The position numbers and the translations under genes were made by a program. A model generated the notes under the pieces. The model had not been told where the DNA came from. It saw only the letters and a program-made list of their open reading frames with translations, and searched no databases. Positions 1 through 11,962 of a stretch of DNA of 64,000 bases are shown piece by piece (position 1 is the first letter of the stretch; every line of letters starts with the position of its first letter). The stretch is taken from contig JAGWBR010000003.1 in the NCBI GenBank assembly GCA_021295785.1, positions 65,236-129,235 of the forward strand, in the 5' to 3' direction. Source of the DNA: Gemmatimonadota bacterium. Its GTDB lineage: Bacteria; Gemmatimonadota; Gemmatimonadetes; Palauibacterales; Palauibacteraceae.

Positions 1-192
1 CATGGGCCCGGCCTGCGTCAATTTCGGTTCCACATCAAGCGCCATGACATCTTCGGGAAACTGCGCCAGCGCAGACCCGATTTCATGGACACGGTACTCC
101 CGCAGGGGTTCTGCATCCCCGCACGCCGTCATCGCCAGCACGGCTGGCGCCACCCACGGCAAGGGCACCCGCGACAGACGAGTGGTTCTCAT
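1..192 (-). CDS. Partial (5' end only) putative lipoprotein; gene continues beyond window edge
   Basis: Reverse complement of 1-192 reads ATG(192) MRTTRLSRVPLPWVAPAVLAMTACGDAEP...: n-region, hydrophobic core and an L-A-M-T-A-C lipobox. No stop before the window edge. Not in the ORF track because it is truncated. Confidence 0.3.
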   Translation of the reverse strand, partial: MRTTRLSRVPLPWVAPAVLAMTACGDAEPLREYRVHEIGSALAQFPEDVMALDVEPKLTQAGPM

Positions 193-323
193 GTCATCTC
201 CCTCTCCCGCGGAAACGTAGGTCGGTGTTTCCAAGGGGATTGGCTGTAGTTCGGGGCTCAGCCCGGAGGCCTGCCGGCCTCCGGACTGAGCGCGGATATT
301 CGTCTAACGTCCAACCGGAGACG

Positions 324-686
324 TCAGATTCCGAAGCTGCAGCCGCCAAGATCGACGTGGACTTGCCAATTGCCGAAATAGATGCACGCGCACAGCTCGC
401 ACTCGAGGTCGAGCCCGCCCGGGAAACTGATGTCAATGACGGTCAAGCAAGCACCTACGACGAGGTCTGCCTCGCAGCCAGGGCCACAATCATAGGTTTC
501 AGCACAACCGGCAGTGCTCGCGGCACCGGACGAGGTTGTTGGTGCCGGAGCGGGCGCGCCGGGGGCCTCTTCCGGGACCACCGGCCCGACGGATGCGGCG
601 TTTGCGGCCACTACACCACCCGCACTGCCCACCGCCAACGCGACTGCGGCCACCGCACCGGAAATAAAGCGCATAGTTCTGCTCAT
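324..686 (-). CDS. Small secreted cysteine-rich hypothetical protein (120 aa)
   Basis: Clear Sec-type signal peptide MSRTMRFISGAVAAVALAVGSAGGVVAANAAS, then a mature part with 9 Cys (CAETYDCGPGCE...CLT...CELCAC...GGC). No recognisable family. The overlapping plus-strand 317-aa ORF looks like an artefact. Confidence 0.3.
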   Translation of the reverse strand: MSRTMRFISGAVAAVALAVGSAGGVVAANAASVGPVVPEEAPGAPAPAPTTSSGAASTAGCAETYDCGPGCEADLVVGACLTVIDISFPGGLDLECELCACIYFGNWQVHVDLGGCSFGI

Positions 687-800
687 AGGAATTTCTCCTG
701 TTGTCGAGATCTCTCGGGGCGGCCAATCCGCCCCGCGGATGTCCCTACTGTGTCGGGAACTCTCAACGGGATCTCAACAACAGGATCGACGCGCCGGGCG

Positions 801-3099
<2,299 letters not shown>

Positions 3100-3103
<4 letters not shown>

Positions 3104-4188
3104 GCCGGGATCAACTCGCCGTCGGACATCTCGTACTGCGGCAGGCCCCTGGCTCCCCTCGGGCCTTCCTCCGCCCTGGACGACGTGAGAATGAGCTGCG
3201 CCGACTCCCGGCCTCCAAACAGCTCAAGCAGCCGGTTGCTGCGCCCGTCATCCAGTTCGGCAAAAATGTCATCCAGCAGGTAGACCGGTTCCCCGGCCAG
3301 GCGGCGCCTGAGCCGTTCGGCCTCGGCCAGCCGCAGGGCCAGCACTGCCGTGCGCTGCTGCCCGCTGGATCCGTAAACGCGCAGATCTCGGGACCCCTCG
3401 GGCCTTTCGGTAATGAACCGGAAATCGTCGCGGTGCGGGCCGATGGCTGTTGCACCCTGCGCCCTCTCTCTGGAACGCATCGAATCGAGGGCCTCCCGGA
3501 AGTCGGCCGCGTCGTCGGGACCCGAAGGTGCGTACGCCAAGACCCCACCCTCCCCGCCCGACACGTGCGCGAAAAACGACACAAAATCGCTCGAACTCTC
3601 CTGGATCCACGACCCGCGCCGCCGCGTCACGAGAGCACCCGCGTCGACCAACCCGTCCGTCCACGCGTCAATCTCCCCTTCGCTCGCGTCTCGCCGCAGC
3701 GCCTCGTTGCGGCGAACCAGCGCTGCCCGGTAGTTCTGGAGCGCACGCACGTATCCGGGGGATTCCAGCGCCAACGCGATATCGAGAAACCGGCGCCTTT
3801 CGACGGGTGAATTCCTGATGATGGACAGGTCTTCCAGACGGAACACCGAGATGCCGATCCGGCCCAGAGCATCCGACACGCGTTGGACGTCAAGCCCGCC
3901 TGCCTGAACCTTCTTGATCCGTTGCTTCCTGTCGTAAGCAGCAGCAACCCTCCCTCCCCCCTCAACCTCCGCCTCGACCCGGAACACATCTTGGTCGAAC
4001 GCCACAAGATCTCGGTCGGCCGCGCCCCGGAACGACCGGAACACCTCAAGATAACCGATGGCTTCGAGCAGGTTGGTCTTGCCCGCTCCGTTTGGGCCAA
4101 CCACGGCCGCGCCGGTTTCCGGGACCTCCCAGTCCAGCGGCGCCAAGTTCCTGAATCCCCTGATCTTGAGCTTCTTGAGGACCGCCAC
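3100..4188 (-). CDS. recF: DNA replication and repair protein RecF
   Basis: GTG start. VAVLKKLKIRGFRNLAPLDWEVPETGAAVVGPNGAGKTNLLEAI has the Walker A. C-terminal LLDDIFAELDDGR signature. 362 aa. Confidence 0.9.
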
Positions 4189-4235
4189 GGGTCAAACCCT
4201 GATACCTGCCGCGGCGCGTATTCTCAAGCTCTCTC

Positions 4236-5144
4236 TTGCATGCCGGAATTTACTCTCCGGGGGAACCCGCCGCAGCACTCGGCCGGCCCCCAACCGGTAT
4301 GTTGGGCAGCAAATGCCGGAGCCGGAATCACCCGGCCAAGAATCAACTCCACCAAAGGAACCTGACGACGGGAATCTCGGCGGGTCGGTGTCTGCGGGGC
4401 GGGCTGGTCGGTGCGGTGGCGCTTGCCGGCATGCCTTCCGGTGCGGCGGCTCAGTGGGACGACGCTTCGATCGGGGCTGCCGTGATCGTGGCAGCCTTCG
4501 TGGCCGACGCCCCCGTGCGCCGCACGGCCCTGGTGGTGCAAAACCCCATGAGCGATGCGATTTCTTCGTTCGGCAATGCCTACGGAGACTGGCACACCAC
4601 GCTGCCGATTTTCGCAGGGGTGGGTATCGCGATCGGAGCGTCGGGGGGCCGTGAGGCCTGGGAATCCGTGGCGGCGGGGGCGGCCGGAGTCGCGGCGGCG
4701 TCGATGGCCAATGAACTGGTCAACCGTGCCATTGGCCGGCACCGTCCCAACGCCGACGAGGGTCCGTGGAGTTTTGCCCCCATGGGCGGGCACGCTTCCT
4801 TCGGTTCCGGCCATGCCACTTACGCGTTCGCAGTCGCGGGTGTGGTAGACGAACTGACCACCGGACGATGGGTGGCCCCGCTCTACGTGGCGGCCGCTCT
4901 CACGGGGGCGTCCCGGATATACTCCGACCGGCACTGGGTGTCGGACGTGGCGTTCGGGGCAGCGGTCGGGATCATGGTGAGCCGCATGGTGGCCCGGACC
5001 GTGGCTGACCGCCTCGGAGCGGTCGGGTCAGATGGGGCCGGCGCGGATGCCGGGGGGGGCCTCGAAGCGGACCATGAGAAGCGGCGGGTGTCGTGGGTAC
5101 TTTCCCCGGGTTTTGCCGGGATTACTTTGAAAGCACCCCGCTAG
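4236..5144 (+). CDS. PAP2-superfamily phosphatase (membrane-associated acid phosphatase/phosphatidic-acid-phosphatase type 2)
   Basis: Three PAP2 signature motifs: GRHRPNADEG (KX6RP), SFGSGHA (PSGH), SRIYSDRHWVSDV (SRX5HX3D). Several TM segments. The true start may be an internal M (e.g. 4299). Confidence 0.75.
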   Translation: MHAGIYSPGEPAAALGRPPTGMLGSKCRSRNHPAKNQLHQRNLTTGISAGRCLRGGLVGAVALAGMPSGAAAQWDDASIGAAVIVAAFVADAPVRRTALVVQNPMSDAISSFGNAYGDWHTTLPIFAGVGIAIGASGGREAWESVAAGAAGVAAASMANELVNRAIGRHRPNADEGPWSFAPMGGHASFGSGHATYAFAVAGVVDELTTGRWVAPLYVAAALTGASRIYSDRHWVSDVAFGAAVGIMVSRMVARTVADRLGAVGSDGAGADAGGGLEADHEKRRVSWVLSPGFAGITLKAPR

Positions 5145-5367
5145 TCCCCGTCGCGGCTCGGTAGCGGTGGATGGAATAGATCGCAAAGACCGGGAGAGCC
5201 AGGGCAATCGCGATCTTCATGGCAAGCTCGCCGCCGAGCACCCGCGCAGGGATTGCTACCAGGACCATGAGCCCGACCCAGTAGGGTGTCGAGATGAGTG
5301 CGACGCGTAACGCACGCCTCCAGACGAATGCTTCGGAATCGCGTCTCTGACCGTGTGAATCCATCAT
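5122..5367 (-). CDS. Small hypothetical membrane protein (81 aa, two predicted TM helices)
   Basis: ORF with two hydrophobic helices (LISTPYWVGLMVLVAIP; IAIALALPVFAIYSI). 4-nt overlap with the downstream lipoprotein gene start region. No known family. Confidence 0.3.
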   Translation of the reverse strand: MMDSHGQRRDSEAFVWRRALRVALISTPYWVGLMVLVAIPARVLGGELAMKIAIALALPVFAIYSIHRYRAATGTSGVLSK

Positions 5368-5891
5368 TTCGGGTCCCCTTCTTGGATGAGCTTCCGGGCC
5401 TTGGCCACGATCTCCGCACGTTCCTCGCTGGAAAGCTTGGCCATCTCCTCGGGCGAGCGCATGAGAGCCATCGCCTTCCGCACACGCGCCAGCTTGTCGT
5501 CAAAGTCGGCTCTTTCTTCCGGCGACAGAGCTGCGAGTTGCTCCGGCGTGATAAGCGGCTGTTTTTCCATCAGATCCGGATCCGGAAGGTTACTGTACGC
5601 CTCCAACGACAGCTCGTATAGCTGGTTAGCGGCATCCGGCAAGTTCTCCGCGTGAACAGTGTAGTCGCCGCTGGGAGTTGAGACGGTAAGGCGCACGGGA
5701 TCACTGAGGTTTGAGAGCTCGCCATAGTCAATGTCCAGGGTGCCCGCGTCGTCTATGCTGATGCTGACCTCAGCGGCGCTGACGCTGACGTCAGGGGCCT
5801 CGGCAGAGTCCAGGGAATCAACCTGCCCGCCACAACCGGCCCAGAGGCACGCCGCCGCGAGCAGGGAACCCAAGCGTGCTGTTCTCGTCAT
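5364..5891 (-). CDS. Hypothetical lipoprotein
   Basis: Internal start MTRTARLGSLLAAACLWAGCGG is a lipoprotein signal with lipobox L-W-A-G-C. The C-terminal half is a charged helical region (SPEERADFDDKLARVRKAM...). Confidence 0.5.
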   Translation of the reverse strand: MTRTARLGSLLAAACLWAGCGGQVDSLDSAEAPDVSVSAAEVSISIDDAGTLDIDYGELSNLSDPVRLTVSTPSGDYTVHAENLPDAANQLYELSLEAYSNLPDPDLMEKQPLITPEQLAALSPEERADFDDKLARVRKAMALMRSPEEMAKLSSEERAEIVAKARKLIQEGDPK

Positions 5892-5993
5892 TTTCCGTGC
5901 GCCTTGTGTTTTGTCAAGGTAAATCGGGCCGGCCCAAGAGCAAGCGTAAGCCCCTAAGAAGATCACCGCAAGTCAGCGGTTTCCAGTCTAGCT

Positions 5994-6902
5994 CTAGCGT
6001 TTCACGAAATCTGAAACGACCGGTTTCTCGCCGCGGTAGTCGTAAAACCCAATCCCCGTCTTCCTGCCGTGCCTGCCGGCCAGGAACAGTCGCCGAAGCA
6101 ACGGGGGCGAGGCATAGCGTTTCTCGCGGTACTCGTCGAACATGATCTCGGTCACGTGGTACAGCGTGTCCAGGCCGACGAAATCCCCCAGGGTGAACGG
6201 TCCCATCGGATAGCCGCAGCCCAGTTTGAGAGCCAGATCGATGTCAGTGATCGAACCAATGCCCTCTTCGTAGGCGCGGATCGCGTCCAGCATGTAGGGC
6301 ACTAGCAGCCGGTTGACGATAAACCCGGTGTTGTCCCGGCAGGAGACCGGTTTCTTCCCGAGCGACACCGCAAACGAGAAAGCTGCGTCCGCCGCGCTGT
6401 CCGAAGTAGCCCCCGAGCGCACCACCTCAACCAGCGCCATGACCGGAACCGGGTTGAAGAAGTGCAGCCCAACGAAGCGCTCCGGCCTCGAGGTTGAGGC
6501 GGCCAGCTCGGTGATCGAGAGGCTGGAAGTGTTTGAGGCCAAGATGGCGTCTGGGAGCAAGGACTTCTCGATGTCGGCGTAGAGGGTCTTCTTGGCATCC
6601 AAGTTCTCGGTGATCGCCTCAATCACAATGTCGCAGCCCCCCAGATCTGCCGCGCTGAGGGTGCCGCTGAGGCGTCCCAGGGCCCCGTCGCGGTCGGCCG
6701 AGTCGAGCTTGCCCTTGTCAACCGCCCGGTCGAGCCGCTTCTCAACGGCGGCCATCCCGCGCTGCAGGAAAGGCTCCCGTGCTTCCAGAACCACCGTCTC
6801 GTAGCCTGCCATCGCCGAGACCTGCGCAATTCCGTTGCCCATGAGCCCGGCCCCGGCCACACCGACCCGCTTGATTCCTCTGCTGTCCGCGTTATTCGTC
6901 AT
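5994..6902 (-). CDS. 3-hydroxyacyl-CoA / 3-hydroxybutyryl-CoA dehydrogenase
   Basis: ATG at 6902. IKRVGVAGAGLMGNGIAQV is the Rossmann GXGXXG. Motifs HFFNPVPVMALVEV, DNTGFIVNRLL, VGLDT; C-terminal 3HCDH_C domain. Confidence 0.9.
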   Translation of the reverse strand: MTNNADSRGIKRVGVAGAGLMGNGIAQVSAMAGYETVVLEAREPFLQRGMAAVEKRLDRAVDKGKLDSADRDGALGRLSGTLSAADLGGCDIVIEAITENLDAKKTLYADIEKSLLPDAILASNTSSLSITELAASTSRPERFVGLHFFNPVPVMALVEVVRSGATSDSAADAAFSFAVSLGKKPVSCRDNTGFIVNRLLVPYMLDAIRAYEEGIGSITDIDLALKLGCGYPMGPFTLGDFVGLDTLYHVTEIMFDEYREKRYASPPLLRRLFLAGRHGRKTGIGFYDYRGEKPVVSDFVKR

Positions 6903-6979
6903 TCGTGCGTTTCTCCGTCGCGTTTCCTGTCGCGTCTGTTTCCGAGTTTCTTCAGGTTCGGGTCCGCAGCTCGAAGCGG

Positions 6980-7813
6980 CTACTGCGGGATCTGCCCCAG
7001 AATTCGTTTGTGCCACGGCTCTCCCCCGTCATCGAGCCTCTCTCCTCTTTCCAAATGGTCAAGGATTCCGTCCAGCTCAAGCAGGGTGCGGGCGCGTCTC
7101 TTGGCCATCTCCCGCCTGGTGGAAAAACCGATTGCAGCCGAGATACCGCCCCACACCACCACCGCCCCGACAATCGGAAGGATCCCGCCGATTGCCGCGG
7201 CCCCGAGGCCGAGGCCGACTCCCGAGAAGCCCACGCCGGTCACCGCACCACCCACCGCGTCGCCCCGGAACTTCGTGAGATCGGCAGTGACGGCCGCCAT
7301 CGACCACCCGTCTTCCAGCGGTTCAACCGAGACCTGAAGGTTCTTGGTCTTGGCGAGCACATAGCCCTTCCCGCTGAAATCGAACGCCATCTTCATCTGG
7401 CTCAACGCCCCCGGTTGGGGTTCCCAAAGACCCTGCCCCTGCCGGGACCTGACCTCCTTCAACAGTTGTTTGCCCCGAAGATGGCCGGCCAGGTTCGCGT
7501 ACACATCCGCCCAGTGGCCGGGAACCGTTCGCGTTGCCTGCACCGTGGCGGGTCCGGTCAAACGAAACAGGAACCCCCCTTCCGCGGGAAGATCCGGTAC
7601 CAGCGCCGACGCCCGGGTCTCGGCCAGAGCGCGCCGCACGTACTGGTCGTCGATCCCGACCTCGGCGGCGATCTGCATTACCTCGGATTCGCTCAGGCGG
7701 TCGGTATCCGTGGCTGACCCGGTGAACTGGAGCTCGGCGGCCCGGCGGATCACCTGCTCCAGCATCTCGGAGCTGATCTGTCGGTCCGGTACCGGTGCGG
7801 GGGGTTGGGTCAC
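6980..7813 (-). CDS. Hypothetical protein with C-terminal glycine-rich transmembrane region
   Basis: 277-aa ORF between hbd and thiolase on the same strand. Soluble N-terminal region followed by GVGFSGVGLGLGAAAIGGILPIVGAVVVWGGISAAIGF. No family recognised. Confidence 0.45.
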   Translation of the reverse strand: MTQPPAPVPDRQISSEMLEQVIRRAAELQFTGSATDTDRLSESEVMQIAAEVGIDDQYVRRALAETRASALVPDLPAEGGFLFRLTGPATVQATRTVPGHWADVYANLAGHLRGKQLLKEVRSRQGQGLWEPQPGALSQMKMAFDFSGKGYVLAKTKNLQVSVEPLEDGWSMAAVTADLTKFRGDAVGGAVTGVGFSGVGLGLGAAAIGGILPIVGAVVVWGGISAAIGFSTRREMAKRRARTLLELDGILDHLERGERLDDGGEPWHKRILGQIPQ

Positions 7814-7834
7814 GTTGGCTCTGTTCTCCCGCGC

Positions 7835-9019
7835 CTAACTGCCGACCTCGACGACCACGGCGATCCCCTGCCCACCACCGATGCAGGCCGCGCCGAGACC
7901 CACGCCGCCTCCGCGACGGCGCAGCTCGTGAAGCAGTGTGCCGGTGATGCGTGCACCCGACATGCCCAGCGGGTGGCTCAGGGCGACGGCGCCCCCGTTC
8001 ACGTTGACCTTTTCCCTGTTTAGCCCCAGTTCGCGTTCGACCGCTGCGTACTGCGGGGCAAATGCCTCGTTGATTTCTACGAGGTCGATGTCTCCCAGGC
8101 TCATCCCGGCCTTCTCCAGCGCGGCACGGGATGCGGGAGCCGGCCCGATTCCCATGATTCGCGGCGGCACCCCGGCGACCGCCCACGAGACGAGCCGTCC
8201 GATTGGACGCAAGCCGTGGGCCCCGGCGTATTCGCCGCTGGCCACCACCAGCGCCGCGGCTCCGTCGCCGATGCCGCTGGCGTTCCCGGCCGTAACCACT
8301 CCGTCGGCCTTGAAATAGGGCCGCAGTGAGGCCAAGCCTTCGGGGGTGGAGTCCGGGCGCAGGTGCTCGTCGCGGTCGAAAGACTTCTCGCGCCCCTTCC
8401 GTCCCACCTTGACCGGGACGACCTCTTCGGCCAGCCGGCCCTGCTCCCAGGCTTCGTGGGCAAGGCGCTGGCTCCGCAGGGCTACGGCGTCGGACTCCTC
8501 GCGGGTGACTCCGTATTCGTCGGCCAGGTTCTCCGCGGTCTCGGCCATCGACAGTCCACAGTAGGAGTCGGTGAGCGCCTCCCACAGCGTGTCCTCCAGC
8601 TTGGGAGAGGGCCCGAGCGGCAGGCCCCAGCGGGCACCGCGAACCACATGGGGAGCCTGGCTCATCGACTCAGCACCGCCGGTCAGGCAGACCTTGGCGT
8701 CGCCGAGCAGGATGTCCCGTGCACCGTCCACTACCGCCTGGAACCCCGAACCGCACAGCCGGTTCACGGCCAGCGCGGGCATGTTCTCGGGGAGACCTGC
8801 CTTCAGGCCGATGTGCCGCGCCAGGTAGATGGCGTCCGGGGATGTCTGCATCACATTGCCGAACACAGAGTGCCCGAAATCGGCCGGATCGGCACCGGAG
8901 CGCTCGACCGCGGCCTGCGCCGCACCTACGCCCAGATCAATGGCGGAAAATTTTCCGAGGCTCCCGCCGAAGGTCCCCATGGCCGTTCTGGCAGCCGACA
9001 GAAACACAACCGTCATCAT
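7835..9019 (-). CDS. Acetyl-CoA C-acetyltransferase (thiolase II)
   Basis: ATG 9019-9017 gives MMTVVFLSAARTAMGTFGGSL. Active-site regions NRLCGSGFQAV (Cys), GNASGIGDGAAALVV, C-terminal NVNGGAVALSHPLGMSGAR and AACIGGGQGIAVVVE. The ATG overlaps the upstream gene's TGA (ATGA). The ORF track extends the frame to 9616, which is not coding. Confidence 0.9.
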   Translation of the reverse strand: MMTVVFLSAARTAMGTFGGSLGKFSAIDLGVGAAQAAVERSGADPADFGHSVFGNVMQTSPDAIYLARHIGLKAGLPENMPALAVNRLCGSGFQAVVDGARDILLGDAKVCLTGGAESMSQAPHVVRGARWGLPLGPSPKLEDTLWEALTDSYCGLSMAETAENLADEYGVTREESDAVALRSQRLAHEAWEQGRLAEEVVPVKVGRKGREKSFDRDEHLRPDSTPEGLASLRPYFKADGVVTAGNASGIGDGAAALVVASGEYAGAHGLRPIGRLVSWAVAGVPPRIMGIGPAPASRAALEKAGMSLGDIDLVEINEAFAPQYAAVERELGLNREKVNVNGGAVALSHPLGMSGARITGTLLHELRRRGGGVGLGAACIGGGQGIAVVVEVGS

Positions 9020-10134
9020 GATGCTCCCCGCGTTGCGATGTGAGTTGCTGTGTGATTTGAAATACGGCGGCACAGCCAGTCGCCGGTTTCCTGCGTCGTG
9101 GAGGATCCCCCCAGGTCGGGCGTGCGGACACCCCCGGCCAGCGCTTCCTCCACCGAGGTCTCTACAACTTGCGCCGCTCCACCGAACCCGTGCCGCCGGA
9201 GCAACAGGGCGCCGCTGAGCACCGCAGCCATTGGATTGGCCTTGCCCTGCCCCGCGATGTCCGGCGCCGTGCCGTGGACCGGCTCGTACAGGGCCGAACA
9301 CCTCGGTCCGCCTGCTCCGGCCGCGCCCCCCTCTGGTCGGAAATTGGCCGAGGGGGCCACGCCGGGCCCCCCAACCAAACCGGTGCCCAGATCGGAAATG
9401 ATGTCGCCCAGCAGGTTGGAGGCCAGCACGATCCCGAACCGCGCCGGGCTGCGGACCATCTCCATCACCAGGGCGTCGATGTGCATCGCTTCGCTCGCGA
9501 CGCCCGGGAAGTCCGGTTGCAGCTCGCCGAAGACACGCCGCCACAGGCCCCACATGTGCGGTACCGCGTTCGCCTTGTCGGCCACCGCCATCGGGCGCTC
9601 CTCTCGCTCCGCCCACTGGAACGCAAATCGCGTGATCCGCTCGACCGCGTGCCGGGTGGCCACTCCGGTCGAGTACGCCACTTCCCTGGGCGTGCCCGCA
9701 CCCTCCACACGGCCCGCGCCCGAGTAGAGGCCCTCGGTGTTTTCCCTCAGAATCTCCATGTGTAGATCGGCGGCCCGGGCATCCTTGAGCGGGGAGAGGT
9801 CGGCCGCCCGCAGCCGGACGGGGCGCCAGTTGACGTACAAATCCAGCCTGGTGCGGAGCCCCAGAAGCAGGTCGCGCGCATGTTCGCCTTTGGGCACCCG
9901 GGGGTCGCCGACCGACCCGAACAGGATGCAGTCAAAGTCGTCGCGCAAGCGGGCAAACGTCTCGTCCGACATCGTTTCGCCCGTGGCGAGGTAGTGGTCC
10001 GCGCCATGGGGGAAACGCGTCATTTCCAGGTCGGCGAGTCCGGCCCCGCGGACCGCCTCGAGTACCCGGCAGGCCTGTTCGGTTACCCCGGGTCCGATCC
10101 CGTCGCCTCCGATGACGGCGACCCGGATGGTCAC
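9016..10134 (-). CDS. Isocitrate/isopropylmalate dehydrogenase-family protein, closest in motifs to tartrate dehydrogenase/decarboxylase or 3-isopropylmalate dehydrogenase
   Basis: VTIRVAVIGGDGIGPGV, ILRENTEGLYSG, GVAPSANFRPEG, YEPVHGTAPDIAGQGKANPMA, TPDLGGSSTT. GTG start overlaps the corC-like TGA (GTGA). Confidence 0.75.
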   Translation of the reverse strand: MTIRVAVIGGDGIGPGVTEQACRVLEAVRGAGLADLEMTRFPHGADHYLATGETMSDETFARLRDDFDCILFGSVGDPRVPKGEHARDLLLGLRTRLDLYVNWRPVRLRAADLSPLKDARAADLHMEILRENTEGLYSGAGRVEGAGTPREVAYSTGVATRHAVERITRFAFQWAEREERPMAVADKANAVPHMWGLWRRVFGELQPDFPGVASEAMHIDALVMEMVRSPARFGIVLASNLLGDIISDLGTGLVGGPGVAPSANFRPEGGAAGAGGPRCSALYEPVHGTAPDIAGQGKANPMAAVLSGALLLRRHGFGGAAQVVETSVEEALAGGVRTPDLGGSSTTQETGDWLCRRISNHTATHIATRGAS

Positions 10135-11516
10135 TCCGCGCCGCCGCCGTCCTGCTGGGAGAGGATCTCCCGGCGGTTGGCGGGCACCCCGTGCAGGGCC
10201 AGCCGGGTGATTCGCTGATCCACCACTTCCAGCACCTCCAGTTCGGCTCCGCCCAGCGGCACCCGGTCGCCCGGCTCCGGAATTCGTTTCAGGGCTCCGA
10301 TCACGTAACCCGCGGCGGTGTCGTAGGCCCCGTTCCCCTCGCTCTCCAGATCCAGCGCCTCGGCCAGGTCCGAGAAAGGAAAGCCGCCTTCAATGGACGC
10401 CGACCCGTCATCAGACCACCGAACGCCCTCTTCTTCTTCGTCGTGCTCGTCGTAAATCTCGCCGACGATCTCCTCCAGCAAGTCCTCGAGCGTAACCAAT
10501 CCGGCCGTCCCTCCGAACTCGTCCACGATCACTGCCATGTGGGTCTTGGCCCGGCGCATCTCGGCCAACAGGTCGTCCACGGGCTTTGCGCCCGGAACGA
10601 AGAAGGCCTCGCGCATCACGTCGCCGGCGGTGCTGGGCGGGGACGAGTGTTTCGCTTCTACCTCGCGTCCTTCCAGCACGTGCGGAATCAGGTCCTTGAC
10701 CACCACCACTCCTACAATATCGTCGAGCGACTCTCCCGTGACCGGGACGCGTGACCGGCCGGACTCGGCTGCTGCTCTCAGGATTTCCGAGATCCCGTCA
10801 TCGGCGGCCACCGCGATGATGTCGGGGCGCGGCGTCATCACCTCGCGGACGGCGGTTCGGGTCAGATCGAAGACGTTGGAGATCATTGCCTGTTCGTCTT
10901 CTTCCACCACCCCTTCGCGAGTGCCCAGATTGACGAGCATCTCAATCTCTTCGGGACTGTGTACCCGGTCTTCGCCGTGGGCGTCGGCGCGGGGCACCCG
11001 GAGCAGGTCCAGGAAACGCCTCGCCGATCCGTTCAGTATCCATATGCCGGGCCGCATCAGGCGGTTGAATGTCAACAGCGGGCCGGCCACGTACCTGCTG
11101 ACCGACTCCGGGCGGAGCAGCGCGACAGTCTTGGGGGCCAGTTCCCCGAGGACGATGTGCAGGTAGGTGATTATCAGGAACGCGATTGCGACCGCGGCCG
11201 AATGGAGCGCGACTTCGCTGGCCTGCACGCCAAGGAACGCCAGCAGGCTCTCGAGCGATGACGCCAGCGCGGGTTCACCGATCCACCCCAGCCCCAGTGA
11301 AGACAGTGTAATTCCGAGCTGAGTGCCCGAAATGCTACGGTCCAGGTCAGACTGGGCACGCTGAACGATTCGCGCAAGCCGGTCGCCTTCCTGGGCAAGC
11401 TGGTTGATGCGAGTGCGCCGGGCACCCACCAGAGCAAACTCGGCAGCAACGAAAAATGCGTTGGCGCCCACCAGGCCCAAGACCGCTGCAAAACGCAGCA
11501 CCAGCCCGAATTCCAT
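10131..11516 (-). CDS. CNNM/CorC/HlyC-family transporter (DUF21 + CBS pair + CorC_HlyC transporter-associated domain)
   Basis: ATG at 11516. N-terminal DUF21 membrane domain (LVLRFAAVLGLVGANAFFVAAEFALVGARRTRI), tandem CBS domains (VREVMTPRPDIIAV...; VVVKDLIPHV) and C-terminal CorC_HlyC (LVTLEDLLEEIVGEIYDEHDEEE...GGAELEVLEVVDQRI). Confidence 0.85.
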   Translation of the reverse strand: MEFGLVLRFAAVLGLVGANAFFVAAEFALVGARRTRINQLAQEGDRLARIVQRAQSDLDRSISGTQLGITLSSLGLGWIGEPALASSLESLLAFLGVQASEVALHSAAVAIAFLIITYLHIVLGELAPKTVALLRPESVSRYVAGPLLTFNRLMRPGIWILNGSARRFLDLLRVPRADAHGEDRVHSPEEIEMLVNLGTREGVVEEDEQAMISNVFDLTRTAVREVMTPRPDIIAVAADDGISEILRAAAESGRSRVPVTGESLDDIVGVVVVKDLIPHVLEGREVEAKHSSPPSTAGDVMREAFFVPGAKPVDDLLAEMRRAKTHMAVIVDEFGGTAGLVTLEDLLEEIVGEIYDEHDEEEEGVRWSDDGSASIEGGFPFSDLAEALDLESEGNGAYDTAAGYVIGALKRIPEPGDRVPLGGAELEVLEVVDQRITRLALHGVPANRREILSQQDGGGAE

Positions 11517-11583
11517 TTAAGCCTTCTGCGGCGGCGGTAGCGGAGCCTGAGTCAGGTCCGCCTCGCCTATGTGTGGCGTGATA

Positions 11584-11826
11584 CTAGTCGGCAGCGCGCG
11601 CCCTGCCGTGGGGGATCACCGGCGCGCAGTACCTGAGGCCAATGGTGCGGAGGACCTGGATATCCGATCCGCTCAGGTCCGGGTACCGCCCCGCCATGTA
11701 CTCAAGCGTGTCATCAAACCACGCCTCGCGCTCGTCAGGTTCAGCCTCCAACACCTGGCAAGCCCGGATGTGGCTGAATAATTCGTCCCGCGCTTTGTCA
11801 ACTTGATTGGTTTGGTGTCCTCCCAC
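11584..11826 (-). CDS. Small hypothetical protein (80 aa)
   Basis: Stand-alone ORF in a 450-bp gap. Acidic helical sequence (DELFSHIRACQVLEAEPDEREAWFDDTLEYMAGRYPDL). No family recognised; could be spurious. Confidence 0.25.
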   Translation of the reverse strand: MGGHQTNQVDKARDELFSHIRACQVLEAEPDEREAWFDDTLEYMAGRYPDLSGSDIQVLRTIGLRYCAPVIPHGRARAAD

Positions 11827-11962
11827 TTACCCTCCTGATATTTGTTTTCGGTATGCCCTTCGCCCCTTGCCGGACGCCGAAAAGGATACTCGCGCAGGCC
11901 TCCCTTCGCAAAGGTCCGCGATGCATGGGAAGGCCCCCGAGTCTGCGCCGGCCGGTGTTGTC

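Noticed and set aside
7323-8585. 420-aa minus-strand ORF rich in Arg/Gly overlapping the thiolase frame
   Set aside because: Out of frame with the conserved thiolase, extreme RG-rich composition, no start context. Artefact.
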